Source: Candidatus Hydrogenedentota bacterium (lineage in GTDB: Bacteria > Hydrogenedentota > Hydrogenedentia > Hydrogenedentales > JAEUWI01). Taken from it: a stretch of DNA of 53,100 nt. Below the pieces are notes generated by a model. It was not told the origin of the DNA. It did no database searches and saw nothing but the letters and a program-made list of their open reading frames with translations. Positions 18,550 through 26,690 of the stretch are shown piece by piece. Position 1 is the stretch's first letter. Each line of letters opens with the position of its first letter. The stretch lies in NCBI GenBank assembly GCA_030432675.1, contig JAUIMA010000001.1, positions 1 to 53,100 of the forward strand. The letters are read 5' to 3'. The translations under genes were made by a program, and so were the position numbers.

Positions 18550-19128
18550 CTACCCCCCTTCGTGCCGCCGTCCCTTTTGGCGATCGCGGACCGCGAGGCG
18601 GGCCCGGGTCATGCGTTCGCGGAGGCCGCCGTGTTCGAGGAATTCTTTTTCGAGATGGCGTAGCTGTCGGTTGAGCAGGTAGGTGGTCTGATGAATCAGG
18701 CAGACGACAATATTCGCAACCGTTTCGGGCGGGCGGGTGGTGAGGAAGGGTTCGAAGGTGGCGAAGCTCACGCCTTCACCTTGACTCAGTCGGCGCACAT
18801 AGCGCGCTTCTTTGCTTTCTTTGTCCCAGAGGGCCCCGTCGTGGGTGCGCAGGTAATCGAGGTAGTCGGCGAGGAGTTCTTCCAAACTGGCGCGGGCGAC
18901 GTTGGTCAGCTTGATTTCCATTTCCATGGAGGTGCCCGCCGCCTGGCTGCCTTCGATGATGTTCTGCTTACCCGAACGCGCCGCCTGAACCATCTGGTCG
19001 TAGGTCCGGTCCCGCTTGCTCAGAAATCGCCGACAGAAACAGACCGTGGCGTCATAGACGATTTCCGACTTTTGATAGGAAAGGAGTTGGGCGTAGCCGC
19101 CGTGCTTTGGTATGAAACCCTCGCTCAT
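18550..19128 (-). CDS. four-helix-bundle protein (23S rRNA IVS / Avd family) with C-terminal suffix domain
   Basis: 192 aa. YQKSEIVYDATVCFCRRF...QMVQAARSGKQNIIEGSQAAGTSMEMEIKLTNVARASLEELLADYLDYL matches the four-helix-bundle plus suffix-domain family as I recall it. Confidence 0.8.
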   Translation of the reverse strand: MSEGFIPKHGGYAQLLSYQKSEIVYDATVCFCRRFLSKRDRTYDQMVQAARSGKQNIIEGSQAAGTSMEMEIKLTNVARASLEELLADYLDYLRTHDGALWDKESKEARYVRRLSQGEGVSFATFEPFLTTRPPETVANIVVCLIHQTTYLLNRQLRHLEKEFLEHGGLRERMTRARLAVRDRQKGRRHEGG

Positions 19129-19207
19129 GATAGCCGCCCCGCTATGGTTGTGTTGTGGTGTACTCCCAGGATGATGCTAGAAACATGGGGCGGGTTTCCA
19201 GTTTTTT

Positions 19208-19465
19208 GTGGGACGCGTGGGACTTGTGGGACCGGTGAGACAGCCGAATAGTGAATGATAAATAGAGAATGAAGAATTGATTGTCTCGTCGTGCGGCAGA
19301 GTCTTGCCGGAGTGAATTTAGAACCCCAGAAACTTTACTGGATTCCCGCATGCGCGGGAATGACAAATCGCCACCTCGAACGAGGTCGTGGGCCCGGTGA
19401 GCCTGCGTGGTCTACCTGACGTCGTCAGGCCGTCCCACAGGTCTCACCGGTCCCACTCGTCCCAC
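19208..19465. repeat. composite hairpin element (9-nt periodic arms, AT-rich module, embedded REP-like hairpin)
   Basis: GTGGGAC/GTGAGAC units at 19208, 19217, 19226 and 19235. GAATAGTGAAT at 19246-19256. ATTCCCGC-ATGC-GCGGGAAT at 19342-19361. Inverted GTCCCAC/GTCTCAC units at 19432, 19441, 19450 and 19459. Degenerate inner arm at 19388-19405. Confidence 0.85.
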
Positions 19466-19496
19466 ATAACTTCAAAAAAGACCCTCGGCCTTCAGC

Positions 19497-20675
19497 CTAT
19501 TTCCATTTAATCTTCGCCACATACACGGAATTATCCGAGCCGTATTTTTCGATGCCCACGGGCTGCATCCATTCGGCGACGCTGACCCAGGTTTCGTTTT
19601 CGCTCACTTTGGTGACGGCGAAGTTACCGAGGCGGGCGCCGCGTTCGGGGACGAGGATGCGCTCGGTGCTGCGGATGACTTGCAGCGTGTCGGGGTTGAC
19701 CTGGGCCATGAAGAGGGGTGCGCGGTGACGGAAGACGTGGTCGTTGTTGGCACCACGGCGGGTGTAGACCAGGAAGAGGCCGTCGGGGTGGGTGACCCAG
19801 TGTTGCTGGGTGTTGTAGGAGCCCAGCTCTTCGCCGTCGTCGAAGGTCCAGGGCTTGGCTTCGTCAAAGTGGAGTCCGTCGCTGCCGCTGGTGACGTAGC
19901 CCTTCACATCGTTGCGGAGGGTAAGGAAAAATCGGCCCTTGTATTCGGCGAGAGAGGGCTCGGGAAAACCGCGCTCCACGGGCACGGTGTGCATGCTGCC
20001 GTGCTCCACGTAGGAGAGGGTGTCGCCGTCGAAGCGGGCGCGCACCACGGTGGCGCTGTATTGTTTGGTGTCTTTCCCCTTGAAATAAATGGGCAGCAGG
20101 ATGTCGCCATTGGGCAGGTCGACGCGCTGGGTGCAACCGGCGCCATTGTTGAAGAAGTAGGGCTCGTCGGGCATCTCCATGTTCTTCCACGTGGACCAGG
20201 TGCGGGCTTCGGGATTGTAGACCGAATAGGCGGTCGTCCGTGCGCGGTTGGTGTGGATGAGCTTATTGTCCTTGTTATACATGGCGGTGTGGCCCGTGCC
20301 CAGGAGCTTGCCGGTGGCGGCGTGCCACTTGGGGGTGAAGTCACAGATGACCGCTGTGCCCCCGTCGCCATAGGGGATGCGCCCGAGGTTTTCGTGCTCG
20401 GTGGGACCGCTCCAGGTCTTGCCACCGTCGTCGGTCCGCATTTCGTTGAGGGCGTAGAAAATATCCGAGCCACTCAGGAGGAGCTTCTGCATGGTGAGCA
20501 CTACCGTGGGCGTTTCCCCCGGGATGGTCCCCGCACGAGGATGGACCCAGCAGGTCTCTTTGTCGAAGCCCGAACTGATGGTCTGCAGCTCAACATCGTA
20601 GTCGACCGGCTCGACGGCCATGGTGGGGAGTAGGCCTAAAATCAAGGCGAGTATCATTGCATGTTTCATTGTCAT
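19497..20675 (-). CDS. secreted BNR/Asp-box repeat protein, exo-alpha-sialidase-like
   Basis: 392 aa. Signal peptide MKHAMILALILGLLPTMAVEP. Asp-box TDDGGKTWSG. Beta-propeller-like composition. Confidence 0.72.
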   Translation of the reverse strand: MTMKHAMILALILGLLPTMAVEPVDYDVELQTISSGFDKETCWVHPRAGTIPGETPTVVLTMQKLLLSGSDIFYALNEMRTDDGGKTWSGPTEHENLGRIPYGDGGTAVICDFTPKWHAATGKLLGTGHTAMYNKDNKLIHTNRARTTAYSVYNPEARTWSTWKNMEMPDEPYFFNNGAGCTQRVDLPNGDILLPIYFKGKDTKQYSATVVRARFDGDTLSYVEHGSMHTVPVERGFPEPSLAEYKGRFFLTLRNDVKGYVTSGSDGLHFDEAKPWTFDDGEELGSYNTQQHWVTHPDGLFLVYTRRGANNDHVFRHRAPLFMAQVNPDTLQVIRSTERILVPERGARLGNFAVTKVSENETWVSVAEWMQPVGIEKYGSDNSVYVAKIKWK

Positions 20676-20693
20676 TTTCCCTTCAAACGCTGG

Positions 20694-20810
20694 TCGAATA
20701 GTGAATTTAGAATTTATAATAGTGAATTGTCTTGCAACCGTCGTGTCGAGGCTGACGAATAGTCTCCAAAATAGCCCCGCTTAAAATTCACTGTTCTAAA
20801 TTCCAAATTC
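20694..20810. repeat. AT-rich GAATAGTGAAT module copy with inverted partner
   Basis: GAATAGTGAAT at 20696-20706, AATAGTGAATTG at 20719-20730 and inverted ATTCACTGTTC at 20786-20796. About 45 nt are colinear with 18419-18465 and 19244-19288. Confidence 0.8.
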
Positions 20811-21197
20811 TTAACCCGCACTCCGCGTGTTCTTTACGATAGCAATCAGGATGCTAACGATTTCATTCGCTTCTGAGGATAGTTCTGCCAACTGCTGCGT
20901 CGAGCAGATTTCTGCGGCTATCAAGAGCCGTAGCCAGTATAAGGTTTCTCGTGCCTCCTTCAATGCGATAGACATTTTCGAAAGAAAGTCCGCGCGACTC
21001 TGCCCGCCTTGGGCTTCCTCCACATTCGCTCCGATAGACGTGCCTGCACGCAGCAATTGATTCGAGAGCGTACGTGCAACGCCCGGATTTTGGTCCAAGT
21101 GCTGCGCCAACTTCACAATCCGCACCGAAAAGTTAAAGGTACGCTCGGTTATGTGTTGTCGCTCCGTCTCCAAAACAGGCCCCCTTTCAAAATTCAC
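20811..21197 (-). CDS. four-helix-bundle protein (23S rRNA IVS / Avd family)
   Basis: 128 aa. SNQLLRAGTSIGANVEEAQGGQSRADFLSKMSIALKEARETLYWLRLL is the classic family signature. The track start is GTG 21197, inside the repeat, so the true start is uncertain. Confidence 0.85.
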   Translation of the reverse strand: MNFERGPVLETERQHITERTFNFSVRIVKLAQHLDQNPGVARTLSNQLLRAGTSIGANVEEAQGGQSRADFLSKMSIALKEARETLYWLRLLIAAEICSTQQLAELSSEANEIVSILIAIVKNTRSAG

Positions 21198-21300
21198 TAT
21201 TCTAAATTCTCAATTTATTATGCCGGCGGGCCGCCGGCGCTCCATAGAATTCCCAATTCTAAATTCACAATTCACTATTCAAAATTCATTATTCTAACTT
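21189..21300. repeat. inverted-orientation copies of the AT-rich module plus a GC hairpin
   Basis: ATTCACTATTC at 21192-21202 and 21270-21280. GCCGGCG-GGC-CGCCGGC at 21222-21238. Overlaps the 5' end of the 4HB gene and abuts the 3' end of the PQQ dehydrogenase gene. Confidence 0.8.
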
Positions 21301-21302
21301 CT

Positions 21303-23426
21303 TCAGTTCTCAATTCGAAACGCGACGTACGCATCGCCTTCGTCGGTGCCCATCTTGCCGCCGGCGGCAGCGGTCACCACATACTGCACGCCGTCGACCA
21401 TATAGGTGGCGGGTGTGGCGTAGCCCCCGGCGGGGAGTTTGGTTTCCCACAGGAGCTTGCCGGATTTTTTGTCATAGGCGTGGAACATCTCGTCTTTGGT
21501 GGCGCCGATGAAAATTACGCCGCCCTTCGTCACGAGGGGACCACCATAGTTTTCGGTGCCCGTTTGTTCGTGGCCTTCTTCACGGAGGCGGGGCGTATCG
21601 CCGAGCACGGACTTCCACACGATTTCGCCGGTGTTCATATCGATGGCATTGAGGGTGCCCCAGGGCGGCTTGATGGCGGGGTAACCCAGGTGATCGACGA
21701 AGCGGTTCCAGCCCGTGTGGCGGAAGATGGGCTTTTTATCGGCCTCCGGTTTTTCGTCGTCCGCTTTTTCATCACGGGGCGCGTCGGCGGCGTAAATATA
21801 GTCGAGGATATTCTTCATCCCCTTCTCCCCCAGGTTTTTGAAGGAAGGCATGAAGCCCTTGCCCGCGAGCATGAGGGCTTCGGCGTCTTCCCGCTTGAGG
21901 CGCTCGCTGATGCCCTTGAGGGGCGGATACATGCTGAAGGGATTCCCCTCGCGCTCGACGCCATGGCAGAAGAGACACTGCTTCGCATAGATCATGGCCC
22001 CTTCACGGAGGGCCGGGTCACTGCCGAGCTGATTAATATCCACCATGGTGAGAATCCACGGCATCTCGCTGGCGTTGATGTAGAGCAGGCCCGTCTCGGG
22101 GTCCACGGCCGCACCACCCCATTCGCCTCCGCCATCGTAACCGGGAAAGACGAGGGTGCCTTCGCGGCTTGGTGGGCCGAAGCGCTCGCGACGGATGACT
22201 TCCCAGCGCTTCATCACCATCTCGCGGGACTCGGGGGTAATGTCGGTGATGTCGTTAAAGTCGAAGGTACTCCGCGAAAAGGCTTCGGGCTTGGTGGGTA
22301 CCGGTTGGGTCTTAGCGGCCAGCTCGCCCTCCAGGTCGGAGGCGGGCGCGGGCACTTCTTCAATGGGGAAAAGGGGTTCGCCGGTTTCACGGTCGAAGAG
22401 GAAGACGAGGGCCGACTTGGTGATCTGTGCCACCGCATCGATCGTTTTTCCATCGTGCTCCACCGTGAGGAGGTTGGGCGGGGCCGGGAGATCGCGGTCC
22501 CACAGGTCGTGGTGCACGGTCTGGAAATGCCACTTCCGCTCGCCCGTCCCCGCGTCCAGCGCCAGCAGGGTGTTGGCGAAGAGATTGTCGCCATGGCGAT
22601 CGCCGCCATAAAAATCAAAGGCCGCCGCGCCCGTGGGCACATAGACCATGCCCCGCTCGGCATCGAGGCTCATACCCGCCCACGAGTTGGCCCCACCGGT
22701 GAACTCATGGGCACCCGCTGGCCAGGTGTCATAACCGAATTCGCCCGGCTGGGGGATGGTGTGAAAGGTCCACGCGATTGCGCCGGTGTGCACGTTGTAG
22801 GCGCGGATATGGCCCGGTGCGGCGGGATGGGATTCCATGGTGCGCAGGCCGATGATGTAGAGGTCTTTATAGACCACGCCGGGGGACGAGGACTCGGCAT
22901 AGATTTTTTCCGGGTCACGGCCGAGTCCTTCCGACAGCCGCACCTTTCCGCCGTCACCAAAGCCCTCCACCGGTTTCCCCGTGTCGGGGTCCAGGGCGTA
23001 AAGAAAGGGGCCGCCGCCATAGAGCAGACGGCGCTGGGTGCCATCGGCCCACCAGCCAAAGCCGCGGCAGACCGACTTCTTCGGCTCATCGGCCGTAAAG
23101 GTCCATTTTTCCTCGCCCGTGGCGGCGTTGAGGGCGAAGACCTTCATGAAGGGGGACACGCCGTAAAGCACCCCGTCGATAACGAGGGGGTTACATTGAA
23201 TCTGACCCACCTTCTTCTCGTCGGCCCCTTCACTCGAATAGCGCCACGCGACGGAGAGCTTCGAAACGTTTTCCGTGTTGATTTGATCCAAGGTCGAATA
23301 TTGACCGCTGTCCGCCCCACCGAGATAGGCGCTCCAGTTGCTGTCCTGTGCGGTGGCCTGCGCGCCCGCAAGGAGCGCCGTGAGGCCCAGGGCCAGTGAA
23401 AGACAGCGCGGTTTTCCCAAAATCAT
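21303..23426 (-). CDS. PQQ-dependent dehydrogenase (beta-propeller) with embedded cytochrome c domain
   Basis: 707 aa. Signal peptide. N-terminus SNWSAYLGGADSGQYSTLDQINTENVSKLSVAWRY is typical of quinoprotein dehydrogenases. Haem motif CLFCHG lies at about aa 488-493. Confidence 0.85.
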   Translation of the reverse strand: MILGKPRCLSLALGLTALLAGAQATAQDSNWSAYLGGADSGQYSTLDQINTENVSKLSVAWRYSSEGADEKKVGQIQCNPLVIDGVLYGVSPFMKVFALNAATGEEKWTFTADEPKKSVCRGFGWWADGTQRRLLYGGGPFLYALDPDTGKPVEGFGDGGKVRLSEGLGRDPEKIYAESSSPGVVYKDLYIIGLRTMESHPAAPGHIRAYNVHTGAIAWTFHTIPQPGEFGYDTWPAGAHEFTGGANSWAGMSLDAERGMVYVPTGAAAFDFYGGDRHGDNLFANTLLALDAGTGERKWHFQTVHHDLWDRDLPAPPNLLTVEHDGKTIDAVAQITKSALVFLFDRETGEPLFPIEEVPAPASDLEGELAAKTQPVPTKPEAFSRSTFDFNDITDITPESREMVMKRWEVIRRERFGPPSREGTLVFPGYDGGGEWGGAAVDPETGLLYINASEMPWILTMVDINQLGSDPALREGAMIYAKQCLFCHGVEREGNPFSMYPPLKGISERLKREDAEALMLAGKGFMPSFKNLGEKGMKNILDYIYAADAPRDEKADDEKPEADKKPIFRHTGWNRFVDHLGYPAIKPPWGTLNAIDMNTGEIVWKSVLGDTPRLREEGHEQTGTENYGGPLVTKGGVIFIGATKDEMFHAYDKKSGKLLWETKLPAGGYATPATYMVDGVQYVVTAAAGGKMGTDEGDAYVAFRIEN

Positions 23427-23466
23427 ATCATGTCCCTTTCTGTTTACGCAGTCACTTGCTCGGCGC

Positions 23467-23563
23467 GATGGGCCGTATGGGGCCTATGGGTCGTATGACG
23501 TTCTCAAAGGACACCACTTGCCCCGCAGGTATCATACGACCCATTGGCCCCATACGTCCCACA
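23467..23563. repeat. long imperfect hairpin built from 9-nt periodic units (diverged member of the GTGGGAC family)
   Basis: GATGGGCCGTATGGGGCCTATGGGTCGTATGAC (23467-23499) pairs with TCATACGACCCATTGGCCCCATACGTCCCAC (about 23532-23562). About 30-nt loop. Lies between two minus-strand genes. Confidence 0.8.
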
Positions 23564-23571
23564 AACTTTCC

Positions 23572-24723
23572 TCACTCGGCCGCCAGCGTACCTATCAGCC
23601 ACCCATACACCGAGTCGCCAATTTGAAGATAGCCCGTGCCCGCCGGGTGCACACTGTTATTTTGCCGCGTCACTTCCACATCATTCCGGCTGTTCGCCGG
23701 GCCCGTGCTGGTGGGATAGTTCCGCACACAGTCCAGGTTAATATAGGCCGGGATGAGACTGATATGTTCGCCGTCACGGCCGCCATAGCTCTCGGCCATA
23801 CGCTCCACGACCCGATGCTGATTGCGGCGATACTGCCAACGGGTCTGATTGTTCCTGTAGTTCGCCCCAAAGGCATCCTGACTCACCGTGGGGGGTACGG
23901 GCGCAAGGAGCCCGATTTTCGTGTCCGGGTTCACGCCGTGTATCTGGGCGATGAGGGCGTCCAAGTGGCCAAACATCGCGTCGATAACGCCTTCAATGTT
24001 GTCGTCTTTGGCGCTGAAGGTATCGTTGCAGCCCAGGAACAGGGTCACCACATCGGGCGCCACGCCACCGTTCACCTCCGCACAATAGCGACCATAGTCG
24101 AGCCCGACTTCACCGGCTTCATTCTTGTAGACAAAGGGGCTGGGACGTTCCTTGTAGGGCGCATCGCGGGGGGCCTCGGTGTAGTGGGTGGCGAAACGGG
24201 CCGCCGTCCAGCCGCCATAGCCCTCGTGGCGATTCCGCTTGTCTTCCTTCGGCGCATGACTGCCCACCAGGGTCAGGTTCGGCGTATCGTCGGTAGCGCA
24301 GAAATCCACCAGCGCCTGGGTGTAGATGGAGGCATGGGTGAGGCTGTCGCCAATGACCAGGGCCGATACGGCGCGGTCTTTCAGGGTCGCCGGGTCCGTC
24401 ACCACCACGGTGCTGCTACCCTCGGCGATGACCGCGTTGCTCTGATTGAAAACCCGCAGTTTCAGTGCGTAGTGGCCCACCTCCTCCACCTTGGGCGTAT
24501 AGGTCCAGCGCTCGGCCTGTTGAATGCCCACGCCGCAGTCCACATCAAAGGCATAGTTATTGGCATTGAGGACCAACACCACGTTGTCGAAGTAGAGATT
24601 GGCCTCCACCCCCGGCGTGGCGTAAATCGTGGTCGGCATAGACAACCGCACGGGTGCCGATTCGGCCCCGGCCACCCCCGCGATTGAGAGAAAAGACAAG
24701 AGCAAAACACGTACAAGCAACAT
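23572..24723 (-). CDS. secreted SGNH/GDSL-family hydrolase
   Basis: ORF 23572-24795. Likely start is ATG 24723 (MLLVRVLLLSFLSIAGVAGA signal peptide). Block I VIGDSLTHA, block III LFLGCNDT, block V-like NSVHPAG. Confidence 0.8.
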   Translation of the reverse strand: MLLVRVLLLSFLSIAGVAGAESAPVRLSMPTTIYATPGVEANLYFDNVVLVLNANNYAFDVDCGVGIQQAERWTYTPKVEEVGHYALKLRVFNQSNAVIAEGSSTVVVTDPATLKDRAVSALVIGDSLTHASIYTQALVDFCATDDTPNLTLVGSHAPKEDKRNRHEGYGGWTAARFATHYTEAPRDAPYKERPSPFVYKNEAGEVGLDYGRYCAEVNGGVAPDVVTLFLGCNDTFSAKDDNIEGVIDAMFGHLDALIAQIHGVNPDTKIGLLAPVPPTVSQDAFGANYRNNQTRWQYRRNQHRVVERMAESYGGRDGEHISLIPAYINLDCVRNYPTSTGPANSRNDVEVTRQNNSVHPAGTGYLQIGDSVYGWLIGTLAAE

Positions 24724-25018
24724 GGGATACCTCCGGGATACTACGCCACACGATGGGAAGCTACCCATGCTAGCGTGTGCCCCCGCAGATTGCAATGCTG
24801 TCGGGAGTCAGGCGGTGGGTTAGGCGTCCCCGCCGGACTAAAGACCCACGGAGGCCATCCCGGGCACGGGCTGTGGGGAAGGAGACGTAGTCGTTATACG
24901 ACATCCCGCCATCCAGTGGGTTCCACAACATGCCATGACAAGCGGGACGCTTATCCCACTAAAAAGCCGGGGCCACCTCCCCCAAAAAGGAAGACAGCCC
25001 CGGCTCCAAAGGTATTAC

Positions 25019-26416
25019 TTACCCGGGAATCTCCGTCCGCAGGTGCATGCTCTTCAAGCGCGTAAAGCCCAGCAGGCCATAGGTCGACAGGGTTGCGCCA
25101 CGGCCCGTGTCTTTCACGCCGCACCAGGGCAAGGCGGGGTCGAGGCAGTCGCAACGGTTCATGAAGAAGGTGCCCGTCTCAATCTGCTCGCCAATGCGAA
25201 TGGCCCGCTCGGTGTCGCTGGTCCAGATGGAGGCCGTCAGGCCATAGGGACTGTCGTTCATGTATTGAATGGCCTCTTCATCGCTGGAGACTTTGCAGAT
25301 GCCAATGACGGGCCCAAAGCTCTCTTCCTGCATGAGGGAACACTCCTGGGGCGCATCGGCCACCACGGCGGGTGCCAGGAAATAGCCCTTCGACGGCGTC
25401 GTGAATTCATCGGGCGAAACCACCAGGCGCGCACCGGCGGCCACGGCATCCTGCACCTGCTGCTTCAGGAAGGGAATGGCGCCCTTGGAGGCCAGGGGCC
25501 CGAGGCTTGTCTTTTCATCCGTGGGGTCACCCACTACGTATTCGCGGGCTTTGGCGGCATAGGCTTCCACGAACTTGTCGTAGATGGGCGCTTCCACGTA
25601 AATGCGCTCCACGGCACAGCAGGACTGACCCGCGTTGTAAAAGGCGCCGTCCACACAGTTGGCGACGGCCCAGTCGAAATCGGCATCGGCGCACACATAG
25701 GCCGGGTCTTTACCGCCGAGCTCCAGGCCCACTTCCACAAAGCGGTCGGCGGCACTGCGGTTGACCTGACGTCCACCAGACACAGACCCCGTAAAGGAAA
25801 CGTGGTCTACGCCGTTGTGTTTAATCAATAACTCGGTCACGCTGTGGTCTGCCGCGATGGCCTGCACGAGTCCCTCGGGCGCACCGGCGGCACGGAAGGC
25901 ATCTTCAAAGGCCGTGGCACAGAGGGGCGTCTTGCTGGAGTGCTTGACGATGACCGCGTTGCCCGCAAGCACAGCCGGTACCACGACATTCACGGCAATC
26001 ATAAGGGGGTAGTTCCACGCGGCAATATCGAGCACGACACCCAAGGGCTCGTGACGAATGTATCGGGTAAAGCCTTCCTTTTCCGGGAGCACATCATCGG
26101 CCAGGGTTTCGTCGGCAATGGCAATCATGTGATTGCCCCGCTCTAAGACCCCGCCGATCTCGCCTTTCGCCTGGCCCAGGGGCTTGCCCATCTGCGCCGT
26201 AACCGCAGCGGCTACCTCGTCGCCGTTGGCCTCAAACCAGGCCAGGGCCCGTTCGCACAGGGCCTTCCGTTCGCCCAGGGGCGAGGTGCGCCAGCCCACA
26301 TAGGCTTCGCGGGCACGGGAGACAACCCTATCGACCCCTTCGGCGGCGAGGCCTTCGACGGTGTAGACCACTTCTTCGGTGGCGGGACTGATAACTTCAA
26401 TGACAGTACTGGCCAT
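25019..26416 (-). CDS. NAD(P)-dependent aldehyde dehydrogenase family protein
   Basis: 465 aa. LELGGKDP, catalytic-Cys region NAGQSCCAVERIYV and EESFGPV. Confidence 0.92.
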   Translation of the reverse strand: MASTVIEVISPATEEVVYTVEGLAAEGVDRVVSRAREAYVGWRTSPLGERKALCERALAWFEANGDEVAAAVTAQMGKPLGQAKGEIGGVLERGNHMIAIADETLADDVLPEKEGFTRYIRHEPLGVVLDIAAWNYPLMIAVNVVVPAVLAGNAVIVKHSSKTPLCATAFEDAFRAAGAPEGLVQAIAADHSVTELLIKHNGVDHVSFTGSVSGGRQVNRSAADRFVEVGLELGGKDPAYVCADADFDWAVANCVDGAFYNAGQSCCAVERIYVEAPIYDKFVEAYAAKAREYVVGDPTDEKTSLGPLASKGAIPFLKQQVQDAVAAGARLVVSPDEFTTPSKGYFLAPAVVADAPQECSLMQEESFGPVIGICKVSSDEEAIQYMNDSPYGLTASIWTSDTERAIRIGEQIETGTFFMNRCDCLDPALPWCGVKDTGRGATLSTYGLLGFTRLKSMHLRTEIPG

Positions 26417-26690
26417 GATAAACCTCGTTTGCTTGGCAGGCGATCACCGGGGAAATTCGACGAAACAAAAAGGATGGAGCCGTGATCGCGGGCCACATCG
26501 CTATCCGCTCTGGGTGGAGGGAAGTGCGCAGAACGCGCGGGGTGCGGCACCCAGAAACCGTGGGCTAAGTATACGGCAGCGTCCAATTTCCGCGCAACAT
26601 GGCCCGTTTGCAAAGCTACTGGTGAAGCGTTACCATGGTGAAAGGGAATGCTGTTTTCACCGTGTACAATATCTGGAGAGAGGTATTATC

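Noticed and set aside
19142-19366. 74-aa ORF beginning MSFPRMRESS.
   Set aside because: It is the translation of the REP-like hairpin ATTCCCGC-ATGC-GCGGGAAT and the AT-rich repeat module. This peptide pattern is a known artefact of such repeats and is not a credible gene.
18401-19465. The tandem 9-nt GTGGGAC/GTCCCAC units might have been a CRISPR array or a coding collagen-like or PT-repeat.
   Set aside because: The units are only 9 nt with no spacers, and they occur as inverted arms of hairpins. ORFs across them (PTGPTGPT, WDLWDLW) are short, lack RBS context and exist in several frames and on both strands. No cas genes are present.
18550-21197. A diversity-generating retroelement, because four-helix-bundle proteins belong to the Avd family.
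   Set aside because: The window has no reverse transcriptase gene. I could find no template/variable repeat pair with A-specific mismatches.
16600-21300. A prophage or integrative element spanning the accessory stretch.
   Set aside because: I could find no integrase, transposase, phage structural genes, tRNA attachment site or long direct flanking repeats. Only small repeat modules and isolated accessory genes are present.
26379-26690. The 5' extension of the PilT-like ORF given in the ORF track (start at 26379).
   Set aside because: It overlaps the divergent aldehyde dehydrogenase start and reads as non-protein-like sequence. A GTG at 26691 with the GGAGAGAGG RBS gives a sensible divergent intergenic region.
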